Source: Bdellovibrionales bacterium RIFOXYD12_FULL_39_22 (GTDB lineage: Bacteria; Bdellovibrionota; Bacteriovoracia; Bacteriovoracales; Bacteriovoracaceae). Taken from it: DNA of 55,611 nucleotides. The notes below the pieces were generated by a model that made no database searches, had not been told where the DNA came from, and was given only the letters and a program-made list of their open reading frames with translations. The translations under genes and the position numbers were made by a program. The stretch spans positions 1 through 55,611 of the forward strand of contig MEQL01000010.1 in the NCBI GenBank assembly GCA_001770205.1. Direction: 5' to 3'. Position 1 is the first letter of the stretch. Each line of letters opens with the position of its first letter. Positions 28,922-38,872 of the stretch are shown here, piece after piece.

Positions 28922-30007
28922 CTAGGTAGTCGGAGAGATATAATTATATTTTAGTAAAGTCTTATGTGCTATCTTTTCTATCAGAGCAAACTCTCCATAA
29001 CTATTGGCATGATGAATTTTTCCAATTTCCTGATACTTTTTTGCAAAGTGCTGATTCAATGGCCCCGGCCATTCTAAATCAGAAAAGGCAAATATTTTTT
29101 CCATTTCTATTTGAGGATTTTTTAAAATATCTTCATAACGCACTTCCATAAAGTGGCTCAGTTCTTTTTTGGTCTCTTCAACTAAGGAGATGGCATCTTC
29201 CCATACACGAGCAGTACACTCTACACTCTCAGCACCATAGTGCTCAACATACTCTTGCAATTTTTTTACTCGTGGATAAGGAACTATATACTTTACCGTT
29301 GGATGTTTTATGCGCTTAATTTGTTCGTTGGCCATTTTATGCAACTTAATAAGAGAGTTGGCCACCTGGCGGCCATCACGCACAATATGAATAAAATGAG
29401 CATCCGGAAAAAGATCCTGCACGATCTTCAACTCCGTCTGAATGACTGGATACTTACAAATAAAACGCTTCTCTTCTCCTCCGAAGCAGAAAAGAATCTT
29501 TTTAATATCATTTTTAATTTCTAACACTTTTGTCTCTGATAAATCTTTAATTCTCTTCTCATCCCAAAATAGCGAATCAACATCTCTACCAAACCACTTA
29601 CCCCACATCATATGAGGTTCTGAGGGACTGCCAAAATCAACTTCAATGGAGTCCTTAAAGAAACGCTCACCGCTGATATTGAGGGACAATTTTTTTCGCA
29701 ACCACTCAATAGCACAAATTTCCTCAGGGAAAGCGTTGATGGAATTGGTGATATAGGCCGCATTTTGATGAACACAAAGTAAATCGTATAACATAGTTGT
29801 TCCCGAGCGCGGAAGGCCAACTATAAAAATTGGTTTTTTAATCTTTATGAAAGAAAAATCTTGAGAAAATTTCCATTTCTCAATGGCCGCTAAAATTGTC
29901 TTATCCACTATAGATGGTGGTGGTGGAATAAAAAACTGCTCTTCAAAAGCTTTTTTAAAAAGCAGCTTAGACCACCAATTATTATATATAATATTATTAT
30001 TTCTCAT
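28922..30007 (-). CDS. PAPS-dependent sulfotransferase
   Basis: PIFIVGLPRSGTTML (5'-PSB), CKYP, HIVRDGRQVANS (3'-PB), VRYEDI. Confidence 0.9.
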   Translation of the reverse strand: MRNNNIIYNNWWSKLLFKKAFEEQFFIPPPPSIVDKTILAAIEKWKFSQDFSFIKIKKPIFIVGLPRSGTTMLYDLLCVHQNAAYITNSINAFPEEICAIEWLRKKLSLNISGERFFKDSIEVDFGSPSEPHMMWGKWFGRDVDSLFWDEKRIKDLSETKVLEIKNDIKKILFCFGGEEKRFICKYPVIQTELKIVQDLFPDAHFIHIVRDGRQVANSLIKLHKMANEQIKRIKHPTVKYIVPYPRVKKLQEYVEHYGAESVECTARVWEDAISLVEETKKELSHFMEVRYEDILKNPQIEMEKIFAFSDLEWPGPLNQHFAKKYQEIGKIHHANSYGEFALIEKIAHKTLLKYNYISPTT

Positions 30008-30012
30008 AATTT

Positions 30013-31122
30013 CTATTCCTCTCCCAGATAATCATAGATCTTCTCCCCCAGCGATCCAAAGATGGCCTGCAAATGACGAGCATCACGAAAACGTTTCTCT
30101 TGTCCAAAATCGGTCATATATCCGCTACCACCTAAAATCTGAATGCCATCAGAAGTAAATTCACTTATCATCTCTTTTAGTAGCAATGCCACCGCCAAGC
30201 TGTTTTGTTTCCAACCAATCAAATTATTCTCTTGAGTATAGATTGCTTGCTGATATCCAAGTGCTAGCGCATCTAATTTTATTTTCATCTTTGCCAACAT
30301 CATTCGCACTTCTGGCCAATAGATAAGCTCTCTTCCCCCCTGTCGACGCTCCAGTGCATATCGGTGCGCTTCCTGATAACACCCACGCATCAGGCCAACA
30401 CCCATGGCCGCCACCGCCAACATTAAACGGTCGGCAACTTTCTGGCCAATAATTGCTCCATTATCAGAAGAAGTCAGCAAAATGCCTTCGGCATTTTTGA
30501 AATTAACATCAGAGGTAGGTAGGGCATGCATTCCCAGCGTAACTAGAGCGCCCCCCCTTTCAATCTCTTTTTGTCCCAGATCTACCACAAACCAACTGGG
30601 CCAACTTTGGCCTTCAATCTGTGCCCAAACAATGGCATGTTTTGCTATAGGTGCTAATAGTAAATAATCCCACTGTCCAACAAGATAATATTTTCCATCT
30701 ATAGCAATGGCCTTAAGTTTGGGCCGATAACTGGCCAACCGCTCCATGGCCGGGAAAGCAAGTAAGAGATCAGAGGGAATTTGCCCACTATGAAAATGCT
30801 GCTGTAAAAATTTTTCTGCATGCGCCTCTTTTAGTAACGCGACTCCTGCCAAATGAGTAAAAAGTAACATAGAAAAGCTGGCATCTTCGACCGCCAGAGC
30901 TTCTAACACTTGGCAAATAACCCCAATGTTCTCATCACCAACTCCTCCCATTTTCTCCGACAATCCAAGATGAAATAGTTTCATTTCTAATGCCGTCACA
31001 AGGGGTGAGGTAAAAAAATTCACGAATGGATATCGATCACTTCCTTCTCGCACAGGACGAAGTTGTTCTTTGGCAAACTGACTGACAAATTGCAATAGTA
31101 GTTGGTTTTCTTCGCCCCTCAA
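30013..31122 (-). CDS. Acyl-CoA dehydrogenase-like protein, degenerate (possible beta subunit)
   Basis: TLGMHALPT, RRQGGR, QILGGSGY…EKRFRDAR; ends AIFGS where IYEG is expected; no EPxAGSD motif. TTGA overlap with the upstream ACAD. Confidence 0.8.
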   Translation of the reverse strand: MRGEENQLLLQFVSQFAKEQLRPVREGSDRYPFVNFFTSPLVTALEMKLFHLGLSEKMGGVGDENIGVICQVLEALAVEDASFSMLLFTHLAGVALLKEAHAEKFLQQHFHSGQIPSDLLLAFPAMERLASYRPKLKAIAIDGKYYLVGQWDYLLLAPIAKHAIVWAQIEGQSWPSWFVVDLGQKEIERGGALVTLGMHALPTSDVNFKNAEGILLTSSDNGAIIGQKVADRLMLAVAAMGVGLMRGCYQEAHRYALERRQGGRELIYWPEVRMMLAKMKIKLDALALGYQQAIYTQENNLIGWKQNSLAVALLLKEMISEFTSDGIQILGGSGYMTDFGQEKRFRDARHLQAIFGSLGEKIYDYLGEE

Positions 31123-32573
31123 GAATCATACTCCTTTACTTTTTCTCCGGCCATTTTCATAGAAGAGTAAAAAAGATTTAAGCGGTTAATCTGATTAGGG
31201 CCTTCATAAATTTGCAAAAGCTTAGCATCTCGCAACAATTTTTCAATTTTAGCATCATGTCGCAAACCGATCTTCCCCATAAGCTCTATTGCTAGTTGAC
31301 AATTTTTTACCGCCAAATCAGCTCCTAATGTTTTGGCATGTGATGCCCATAATGAAGTTTGGTGACAATAAAAAGGGTCCGCTTTTTTGATTCTATCACT
31401 TAAGGCCCTTGCCATTACAGAGGAAGTAGATAGGATGGGAAGCAATACTCTTTGCTGTAGAGATGACGGCAACCATTTCAGCAAACGATAGACTATAGGA
31501 TTTTGCATAGACGCAAAAGGGCCAACCTTAGCATTTAAACGCATGGCCTGAAAATATGCCGATTTCGCCCCTAGAAAATTTTGCAGCATCGAGGCCAAAA
31601 TAGATTGTACCCACTCTACATCAATTGCCCGCTCTTTCCCCAAATATTCTTTTTTGGCATAATCCAAAGCGCACTGATATGCCCCCCGCGCCATACCAGC
31701 TCCGAAGGCACCAACCCCCACTCTCGACAAAGAAAGAATATCATTTAACAAAATCGCATTTACCTCTCGCGCCCCTTTGGCCATCTTTAGTGCACTTAGA
31801 TCTAAACAGAGATGCTCATCTTTAACAAAGCAGTTATCAAAAATTAGCTCTCCGGTAGGACAAACTTTTTGTCCCATTTTTCTTTCGATTTTTCCCAGTG
31901 AAAAACCCATTGTCCCTTTTTTTACCGCCAAAAGAACGGGAGTTTGCGAAGGCCTTTTTAAATCAGCATAGGCCGTTACAATATGCCAAGTAGAGAAGTG
32001 TCCATTGGAGATAAAGCTTTTTGTTCCCGACAATAAATATCCACCTTCTTTTTTAATTGCCTTACAAATCAGAGTACCTCGATCAATAAGTTCTAACTCC
32101 TCAACATCTGTCCCAGCATCAGGCTCAGTGGCGGCCACCGAAACTAAACATGGAAAACCTCCGAGCTTTTCTGCGCGCACTACTTCCTGACAAATTGTAT
32201 TTAATAATTTAAAATTCGAAGTAACGGAGACAATAGTTATACCCAGATAATGAACAGCTATTATATTTGCCATCCCTAAGCAGACCGAAGCTATTTCTTC
32301 GTTGAACAAGGCCATGGTTTGAGGAGAATATCCCTTACCACCAAAAATCTTAGGCAACCAAAGAGTAAAAAGTCCAAAAGCGGCGGCCCTCTTTAAAAAC
32401 TCCTCCGGCAACCAATCTAGATCTTTAAAAACATGAAGATCATATTGGGAAAAATTAGGCAAAACCACTTCTTCTTTAAAACGATGGGCCAGTTGCAAGA
32501 CCTCTTCAATTTCTTTCTGTAGAGAACTTGCGATTTTAGATCCTGCGACAATATCGCTCTGTTCATCTAACAT
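31119..32573 (-). CDS. Acyl-CoA dehydrogenase
   Basis: TEPDAGTD, GTKSFISNG, KMGQ, EKLLRDAKLLQIYEGPNQINR (catalytic Glu). Start moved to ATG 32573 with AGGAAG RBS. Confidence 0.9.
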   Translation of the reverse strand: MLDEQSDIVAGSKIASSLQKEIEEVLQLAHRFKEEVVLPNFSQYDLHVFKDLDWLPEEFLKRAAAFGLFTLWLPKIFGGKGYSPQTMALFNEEIASVCLGMANIIAVHYLGITIVSVTSNFKLLNTICQEVVRAEKLGGFPCLVSVAATEPDAGTDVEELELIDRGTLICKAIKKEGGYLLSGTKSFISNGHFSTWHIVTAYADLKRPSQTPVLLAVKKGTMGFSLGKIERKMGQKVCPTGELIFDNCFVKDEHLCLDLSALKMAKGAREVNAILLNDILSLSRVGVGAFGAGMARGAYQCALDYAKKEYLGKERAIDVEWVQSILASMLQNFLGAKSAYFQAMRLNAKVGPFASMQNPIVYRLLKWLPSSLQQRVLLPILSTSSVMARALSDRIKKADPFYCHQTSLWASHAKTLGADLAVKNCQLAIELMGKIGLRHDAKIEKLLRDAKLLQIYEGPNQINRLNLFYSSMKMAGEKVKEYDS

Positions 32574-32581
32574 AAATCTTC

Positions 32582-33796
32582 CTATAAATTTTGATCTATG
32601 GGGGAAACAAAATCGGCCATACAAACTGGAATAATTTTACCATTACGAACGGTCGCATCTGGACAGGCCCTACAATACTCAATAGTCCCCTCGGTGGTCA
32701 AATTTGGTGGTTGCTGCAAAGTAAAATCATTATAATAAATTTTTGCTCCCGTTCGTAGTAAATTACTTAAAAAGAAAATAGTTTTTAGCATCTCCCATGG
32801 GTTCAAGCTAACTAAAGCGGCAAGCAAACATAGTCTAACAGATTTAGCTGGTGTCATTTTTTTTCCGAAGGTGTATTTTTCTCCGTTCCTTCGTTGCATA
32901 AAATATTTGTATTGAGCAATTTTACCAAAGGCCGGTGTTAGTGGAAGAAATTTGAAACTTCCATCTCTTGGCCCAATAGAAAAAACATGGTACATATACC
33001 AGCGCTTATCGTCCTCATTTAGGCTAGAGCCAATATGTCCAAATGGAAGCATCTGCAATTTATCTTTTAAAATTGCGGCCACCTCTGCGGCCGAGACGGC
33101 CTTATCTGATAGATCCTCATCCCAACTAATCCCCTCTTTACCTGTCCCGACTTGACATTGCAACGTCTCCTCTAAAACCTGAGACCTCTTAAAATTTTGA
33201 ACAATGGGATTAAAATCAGTGCAACAGATAAAGAGTCCTCGAGTAATATTCTCATCACAGGATGCATATTTGATTACATCTATCAACTGATATTTATTCT
33301 GTTGATAGATTGTCATCACCAAAGAACACATAATTCCTTGGGCAACGACTCTTTGTGCCAGCGTTTTTCGCAACTCATTTAGCTCGATCTCCGAGCTAGT
33401 ACTTTTAATTCCCGGACGATTTTGCATAGAATCGATATGCAAAAAAAGCTCTTGCAGACCGGCCTCTTTGTAAACTTGTAACTGCTTATCACTAAGCTCA
33501 TACCCATTGGTAAGAATTTGCATTTTTAGTCCACGAGACGTTCCATGTTTTAGAATTTCTGCCAAATCAGGATGCAAGGTAGGCTCTCCTCCGGCCAAAG
33601 TAATAACGGTAACGTCCCTTCTTTGTAGAGCAAAATCAATTTCAGAAATAATCTGTTTAGTTGGCTTGGTATAATTGCAACGATCCTTGTAACAAGCAGT
33701 ACAAGAAATATTGCATTTTTGATTTACCTCAATGACTAAATGAGGAACTTGTCTTCCAATAAATGGGATCAAGGTGGAGCGATTGCTAAAGAACAT
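32582..33796 (-). CDS. Radical SAM protein
   Basis: CNISCTAC (CX3CX2C), GGEPTLHP, TNG; C-terminal CRACPD…IPVC as a possible auxiliary cluster site. Confidence 0.9.
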   Translation of the reverse strand: MFFSNRSTLIPFIGRQVPHLVIEVNQKCNISCTACYKDRCNYTKPTKQIISEIDFALQRRDVTVITLAGGEPTLHPDLAEILKHGTSRGLKMQILTNGYELSDKQLQVYKEAGLQELFLHIDSMQNRPGIKSTSSEIELNELRKTLAQRVVAQGIMCSLVMTIYQQNKYQLIDVIKYASCDENITRGLFICCTDFNPIVQNFKRSQVLEETLQCQVGTGKEGISWDEDLSDKAVSAAEVAAILKDKLQMLPFGHIGSSLNEDDKRWYMYHVFSIGPRDGSFKFLPLTPAFGKIAQYKYFMQRRNGEKYTFGKKMTPAKSVRLCLLAALVSLNPWEMLKTIFFLSNLLRTGAKIYYNDFTLQQPPNLTTEGTIEYCRACPDATVRNGKIIPVCMADFVSPIDQNL

Positions 33797-33835
33797 TTTG
33801 TTATCCTTAATTTAAAATTGATCTCATAAAAAAAG

Positions 33836-33864
33836 ATGCTACCAAATGGCCAAAGTGGTGTCAA
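33836..33864 (-). promoter_or_regulatory. sigma70 promoter of the leftward operon (TTGACA-N17-TAGCAT, extended TG)
   Basis: Perfect -35 at 33864-33859, 17-nt spacer, TGGTAGCAT. Confidence 0.55.
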
Positions 33865-33928
33865 ACTGCGGAGAAGTTTGCGTTGATTAAAGAAAATCTC
33901 AATGTTAGAATTTTGCATCACCACTTTG
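33851..33928. repeat. 10-bp inverted repeat CAAAGTGGTG…CACCACTTTG in the divergent promoter region
   Basis: Exact arms at 33851-33860 and 33919-33928. Confidence 0.6.
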
Positions 33929-33954
33929 CGGTGATAAGTAAGTTGGAGTTAATT

Positions 33955-34938
33955 TTGAAAACGATACTAATTACCGGCGCCGATGGATTTCTAGGAAAAA
34001 ATATCTTTCTAAAATGGCAGAAACAATTTCATCTTAAGGCCTTTATTCTTCCCGAAAATAAAAATGCTTTCCAACATTTCTTGGCCAACAATGCTATTAG
34101 CGCCGACGTTATAGCTGGCAAATTTTCTGATTCAACGGCATTGGCCTCTGCCCTAGAAAATGCCCATTACGTTATTCATTGTGCAGGGAATATGCTAGGA
34201 GCAAAATGGGATAGATATTTTTCTGCTAACGTCGAATCCGTACGCCTTCTATTAGATAAAATTCCTAGCAGCGTAGAGCGCATAGTTCTTATTTCAAGTC
34301 AAGCAGCACAAGGCCCTTCTCCAGATCACAAGAAAATCACCATCGACACGCCTAGCGCTCCTTTGTCATTTTACGGCAAATCAAAGCTTCTTGGCGAAAC
34401 TATTGCTCTCGAACATAAAACAACCTGTCCAATTACAATTTTACGTCCCTGTTCATTTTTTGGCCCTTTTGATAAAAGCTTTCTTGATATTTTTAAAATG
34501 GCCAAAAAGGGAACATTCGGAACACTCTTTGATAAAGAAAAATTTTTTCAACTTCTTTACGTTGATGATCTTATCGCGGCCATTGCCTTAGCACTGAAAG
34601 ACACTGCCTTTAGAAGTAAATATTTTGTCGCTCCCGCCGAAGTTCTTTCCTGGCAGAACTTTTATGATGCCCTAGTAGAAATAACCGGAAAAAAACTTCT
34701 ATGGGTCAACCTCCCACCGTTTGTGGCACGAATTTATCTCAAATTTTTTGACTTAATTGAAATTGCCAGCGGAAAACCGCAAATTCTTGGCCACGATAAA
34801 GCACGAGATATGTCTCAAAAATATTGGATTTGTGACAGCACTCCATTTATTGACAAATTTGCTTTTAAACCACAATTTTCATTTCGGGACGGAGTCCAGC
34901 AAACTTGGATGTGGTATAACGAAAAAAAATGGATTTAA
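33955..34938 (+). CDS. Extended SDR / NAD-dependent epimerase-reductase, CerR (ceramide reductase)-like
   Basis: TGADGFLG, HCAG, SSQAAQGP, YGKSK, LRP…GP; directly upstream of the SPT-like gene. TTG 33955 with GGAG RBS. Confidence 0.8.
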   Translation: MKTILITGADGFLGKNIFLKWQKQFHLKAFILPENKNAFQHFLANNAISADVIAGKFSDSTALASALENAHYVIHCAGNMLGAKWDRYFSANVESVRLLLDKIPSSVERIVLISSQAAQGPSPDHKKITIDTPSAPLSFYGKSKLLGETIALEHKTTCPITILRPCSFFGPFDKSFLDIFKMAKKGTFGTLFDKEKFFQLLYVDDLIAAIALALKDTAFRSKYFVAPAEVLSWQNFYDALVEITGKKLLWVNLPPFVARIYLKFFDLIEIASGKPQILGHDKARDMSQKYWICDSTPFIDKFAFKPQFSFRDGVQQTWMWYNEKKWI

Positions 34939-34998
34939 ACTCTTGGCAATTGTCATAATAATACCTAAACTTTGACGTGAAATTTGGGGAGGAATAAT

Positions 34999-36273
34999 AT
35001 GCATTCAAATTGGGATAATGAAGAATCAGACGTAGTAAATCTTTTATCCTTGCGTTCCCAGTTTTGCGGCCAACTTGAAAAAGACAAATCTTTTTTTGAA
35101 AAAACGTTTCGCCCTTTATATGACAAAGGGGACCTTCTCTATCATCGCCAAATTCTTTCCCCTATCGATCGCCATGTTAAAGTTTGGGATGAAATTTTAA
35201 AAAAACCTATCGAAATGATCATGATGGGATCAAATAGCTATTTGGGGTTTGCTAACGATCCAGAGATTAAAGAAAAAATTAAACTGGCCATCGATAAATA
35301 TGGAATTGGAATGGGTGGCCCCATGCTGTTAAATGGAACCAGCGAGATCCACCGCTCTTTGGAGTTGCGCCTTGCTAAATTTAAAAACAAAGAAGATTCT
35401 ATTCTTTTGCCCAGTGGTTATATGACTAGCCTGGCCTGGGTAACTACGCTGGTCGAAGATAATGCTGTTTTACTCTATGATGAGTACTCCCATGCCTCTG
35501 TTGCTGATGGTGTTCGACTTGGAAAACGCAAAGCTTTTCGTTTTGCCCACAATGACCTTGCAGAGCTTGAAGAGCTTTTAAAAAAGTATCGTGATAAAGA
35601 TCCTGGACGAGATATCTGGGTGACAACGCAAGGAGTTTATTCTATGAACGGAGAGCTTGCTCCCGTTAAAGAAATTTCAGACCTTTGTGAAAAATATGAC
35701 GCCTTCTATCTCATTGACGATGCCCACGGAACAGGTGTTTTAGGAAAAGGCCGGGGAATTGCAGAAGAATTTGGAATATCAAAAAAATTAAAATATACAA
35801 TGGGTACTTTCTCAAAGGCCTTTTCTGTCACTGGCGGATTTATTTCTGGCGATAAAGAGGCGATTAATCTTTTGCGTTTTTTTGCACGTCCTTATTTCTT
35901 TACCGCAGCGCTCTCTCCCATTATTATGGCCGCCATCCATGCCGGCCTAGATATTTTAGAGCGAGACACCACTCGTGTAGATGCACTCCACAGAAATATT
36001 CAGTACTTTTATAAATGCTTGGATAAGGCCGGCATAAAATATACCAAAACAGGAAGTGCGATTATTCCCGTTTTCCCCTCTTCCGTAAAAGATTTTAGAC
36101 TAATTTCCCGGGCCCTTCATGAAAACGGGCTTTTTGTAAATCCCATTGAACCACCGGGAGTTCCAAAAGGTGGAGAGCGTTTTAGGGTTTCATTAATGGC
36201 AACTCTGACCGAGTCGGATATTGATCATGCAGTTAATATTTTAAAAACTGTTTTTTCTAAATTTTCAGATTGA
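34999..36273 (+). CDS. Alpha-oxoamine synthase, serine palmitoyltransferase-like
   Basis: GSNSYLG, LNGT, SHAS, HND, SMNG, DDAHG, GTFSK (PLP Lys). ATG 34999 with GGGGAGG RBS. Confidence 0.85.
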   Translation: MHSNWDNEESDVVNLLSLRSQFCGQLEKDKSFFEKTFRPLYDKGDLLYHRQILSPIDRHVKVWDEILKKPIEMIMMGSNSYLGFANDPEIKEKIKLAIDKYGIGMGGPMLLNGTSEIHRSLELRLAKFKNKEDSILLPSGYMTSLAWVTTLVEDNAVLLYDEYSHASVADGVRLGKRKAFRFAHNDLAELEELLKKYRDKDPGRDIWVTTQGVYSMNGELAPVKEISDLCEKYDAFYLIDDAHGTGVLGKGRGIAEEFGISKKLKYTMGTFSKAFSVTGGFISGDKEAINLLRFFARPYFFTAALSPIIMAAIHAGLDILERDTTRVDALHRNIQYFYKCLDKAGIKYTKTGSAIIPVFPSSVKDFRLISRALHENGLFVNPIEPPGVPKGGERFRVSLMATLTESDIDHAVNILKTVFSKFSD

Positions 36274-36285
36274 GGAAAATGGGAA

Positions 36286-37191
36286 ATGAAGGCCTTTATT
36301 AACAAAGATGCCAGCGGCCATTGTGCCGAAAAAAAGTTAAAAGATGTCTCATTGTCATGCCCCTTCGTAATTTGTTCTTCCGCAGAAATAAATAATTGTC
36401 TTCATAGTTTTTGTAACCTTGAAAAAAATCCCCAAGTCATTTTGGGCGGCGGAGATGGTACTTTTCATTTAACGCTTAACTCTCTTTTTGATCATGCGGC
36501 CCTTCAATGGAAATATGCAGGCATTGAATTTGCTTTTTTAGGATTAGGAAGCAGTAATAGTTTTATACGCTCTCTAAAAGAAGCAACAAACTCCACCAAA
36601 ACTCCTTGTACCTCTGTCGATTTGGGATATGCAAAAATAACAAACTCCAAAGGTGAAACTTTACGCCGAATTTTTTTAGCAAACGGCTCTCTTGGCTTTT
36701 TGGCCTTAGGTAATTTAATCTTTAATCAAGAAAACCTAATCCCCGCATTTTTAAAAAGAATGGGAGTCGAAATTGCCAATTTCGTTTGCTTTTTTTTAAC
36801 TCTTTTTAAATTCACTCCAATCAAACTTGAAATTAAAATCCAAGGCCAAACAATTACGCAATCATTTTTAAATTTTCAATTTCTGAAAGCTCACTTTTAC
36901 ACTGGGGGGTTTAAATTCCCTCCGCAAAACAATTTTGATAATGGTAAGTTTGATATTCACTGGGATATCTTCTCGAGCAAATGGGGAATTTTGAAAAACT
37001 TTATTTTTCTTAGCTTAAATCAACTCTCATGGATGAAAGCTCATCACAACACAACGTCCAATACTTTTGTAATTAAAAGTCCAACTGATATTCCACTAGA
37101 ATTGGATGGGGAAATTTACTTCGGAAATTATTTTGAAATATCATGCTTAAGTAAACAATTAAAACTTTTTTACAATTGGAGTACATCGTGA
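36286..37191 (+). CDS. Diacylglycerol/sphingosine/ceramide kinase family protein
   Basis: GGGDGTF, GLGSSNSF, DLG, YTGG, DNG, ELDGE. Confidence 0.82.
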   Translation: MKAFINKDASGHCAEKKLKDVSLSCPFVICSSAEINNCLHSFCNLEKNPQVILGGGDGTFHLTLNSLFDHAALQWKYAGIEFAFLGLGSSNSFIRSLKEATNSTKTPCTSVDLGYAKITNSKGETLRRIFLANGSLGFLALGNLIFNQENLIPAFLKRMGVEIANFVCFFLTLFKFTPIKLEIKIQGQTITQSFLNFQFLKAHFYTGGFKFPPQNNFDNGKFDIHWDIFSSKWGILKNFIFLSLNQLSWMKAHHNTTSNTFVIKSPTDIPLELDGEIYFGNYFEISCLSKQLKLFYNWSTS

Positions 37192-37967
37192 ATACTACCT
37201 TGATCACCGGCGCATCATCAGGACTTGGCCTTCATCTGGCACATCGTTTTGCCGAAAAAGGCCATAACCTTATTCTTGTCGCTCGTAGCTTAGATAAGCT
37301 ATCTATGCTAAAAAAACAAATCCTCCAAAATCACTCTGTGAATATCGAACTTATCGCACTTGATCTGACTCAAGATGGGGCAACTGAAGAATTAACTAAA
37401 AAAATTCCTTATGTCGCCACGCTGATTAACTGCGCCGGCCGTGGAAATTTCGGACTAACTGAACAAATCCCTATTAATGAGCATATTGCGACAATCAAAC
37501 TCAATTGCGAAATACCTGTCAAGCTTTGTACTCATTACAGCAAGGAGATGAAAGCAAAAAAATCTGGAACCATAATAAATATTGTCTCACTTGGTGGATA
37601 TCATCCTCTTCCCTTTTTTAATGTTTACTCCGCCAGCAAATCTTTTTTGCTAACCTTTACTGAAGGATTGGCATATGAACTAAAAGAATACAATGTGCAG
37701 GTTATTAATCTATCACCTGGCGGAATACTTACTGATTTTCATCTCAAATCGGGCCTTCCTCCAGCAATTGCCGAAAAATATGAAAAACTTATGCAAACTC
37801 CGGAGCAAGTTGCCGATGAACTATTTAACTGTTTACGTTGTAAAAAAAGTAGTTGGGTGACCGGCCGACTGAATCGAATTTACGCTATCGTCCAAAAACT
37901 TCTGCCACGCAGATGGGTTACTGCCTCTGCGGGAAAATTTTATAAAGATTTTATGCCAAAAAATTGA
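37188..37967 (+). CDS. Classical SDR oxidoreductase (candidate 3-keto-sphingoid reductase)
   Basis: [23 protein letters not shown] start/stop overlap with the kinase. Confidence 0.85.
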   Translation: MNTTLITGASSGLGLHLAHRFAEKGHNLILVARSLDKLSMLKKQILQNHSVNIELIALDLTQDGATEELTKKIPYVATLINCAGRGNFGLTEQIPINEHIATIKLNCEIPVKLCTHYSKEMKAKKSGTIINIVSLGGYHPLPFFNVYSASKSFLLTFTEGLAYELKEYNVQVINLSPGGILTDFHLKSGLPPAIAEKYEKLMQTPEQVADELFNCLRCKKSSWVTGRLNRIYAIVQKLLPRRWVTASAGKFYKDFMPKN

Positions 37968-37969
37968 AT

Positions 37970-38872
37970 ATGAAATATCGTTTGAGCAACCTTAGACAAT
38001 TAGAATCCGAGAGCATTTATATAATGCGCGAAATTGTTGCTCAATTTGCCAATCCAGTTTTGCTTTACTCTGTTGGTAAAGATTCATCGGTGCTCGTTCG
38101 CTTGGCACAAAAGGCCTTCTATCCTGGAAAAATCCCATTTCCCCTTTTACATGTAGATACCGGATTTAAATTTAAAGAGATGTATGAATTTAGAGATAAG
38201 TTTACCAAATCCATCGATGCCAAACTAATTGTTTTCAAGCACCCAAGCACTTATGACGAAACCGTTAACCCTTATGATTTAGGAACTCAAAAGTGTTGTG
38301 CAATTTTAAAAACTATGGCCCTCTTAGACGCCATCCGAGAGGGAAAATATGATGCGGCCATTGGCGGTGCGCGGAGAGACGAAGAAAAATCCCGGGCCAA
38401 AGAACGTATTTTTTCCTTTCGCGATAAAAACGGCCAATGGGATCCAAAAAATCAACGCCCAGAGCTTTGGAATCTTTATAACGGAAAAATTAACAAGGGG
38501 GAATCCATCAGGGCCTTTCCCCTCTCAAATTGGACAGAACTAGACATTTGGCAATATATTCATCTTGAAAAAATTCCCATTGTTCCACTCTACTTTGCTA
38601 AAAAACGCCTAATGATTGTTCGCGATGGGCAACTTATTCCCATAGAAAACAAGTCTAAATTACTCGAAAATGAAACACCTCAAGAAGTGATGTCACGCTT
38701 TCGCACCTTGGGTTGTTCACCCTGTACTGGAGCGATTAGATCTGAGGCCAGCACTCTTCCTCTCATTATTGAAGAGATGATGTTGGCAAGAACTTCTGAA
38801 CGTTCGACCAGAATTATTGATCATGATGCGGAAGGATCAATGGAAACAAAAAAACGGGAGGGGTATTTCTAA
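37970..38872 (+). CDS. cysD: Sulfate adenylyltransferase subunit 2
   Basis: [44 protein letters not shown]. Confidence 0.96.
   Translation: MKYRLSNLRQLESESIYIMREIVAQFANPVLLYSVGKDSSVLVRLAQKAFYPGKIPFPLLHVDTGFKFKEMYEFRDKFTKSIDAKLIVFKHPSTYDETVNPYDLGTQKCCAILKTMALLDAIREGKYDAAIGGARRDEEKSRAKERIFSFRDKNGQWDPKNQRPELWNLYNGKINKGESIRAFPLSNWTELDIWQYIHLEKIPIVPLYFAKKRLMIVRDGQLIPIENKSKLLENETPQEVMSRFRTLGCSPCTGAIRSEASTLPLIIEEMMLARTSERSTRIIDHDAEGSMETKKREGYF

Noticed and set aside
27551..33796. Lasso-peptide or other RiPP cluster (nucleotidyltransferase + sulfotransferase + radical SAM)
   Set aside because: No lasso cyclase, peptidase, PqqD/RRE domain or precursor ORF, and no intergenic space for one
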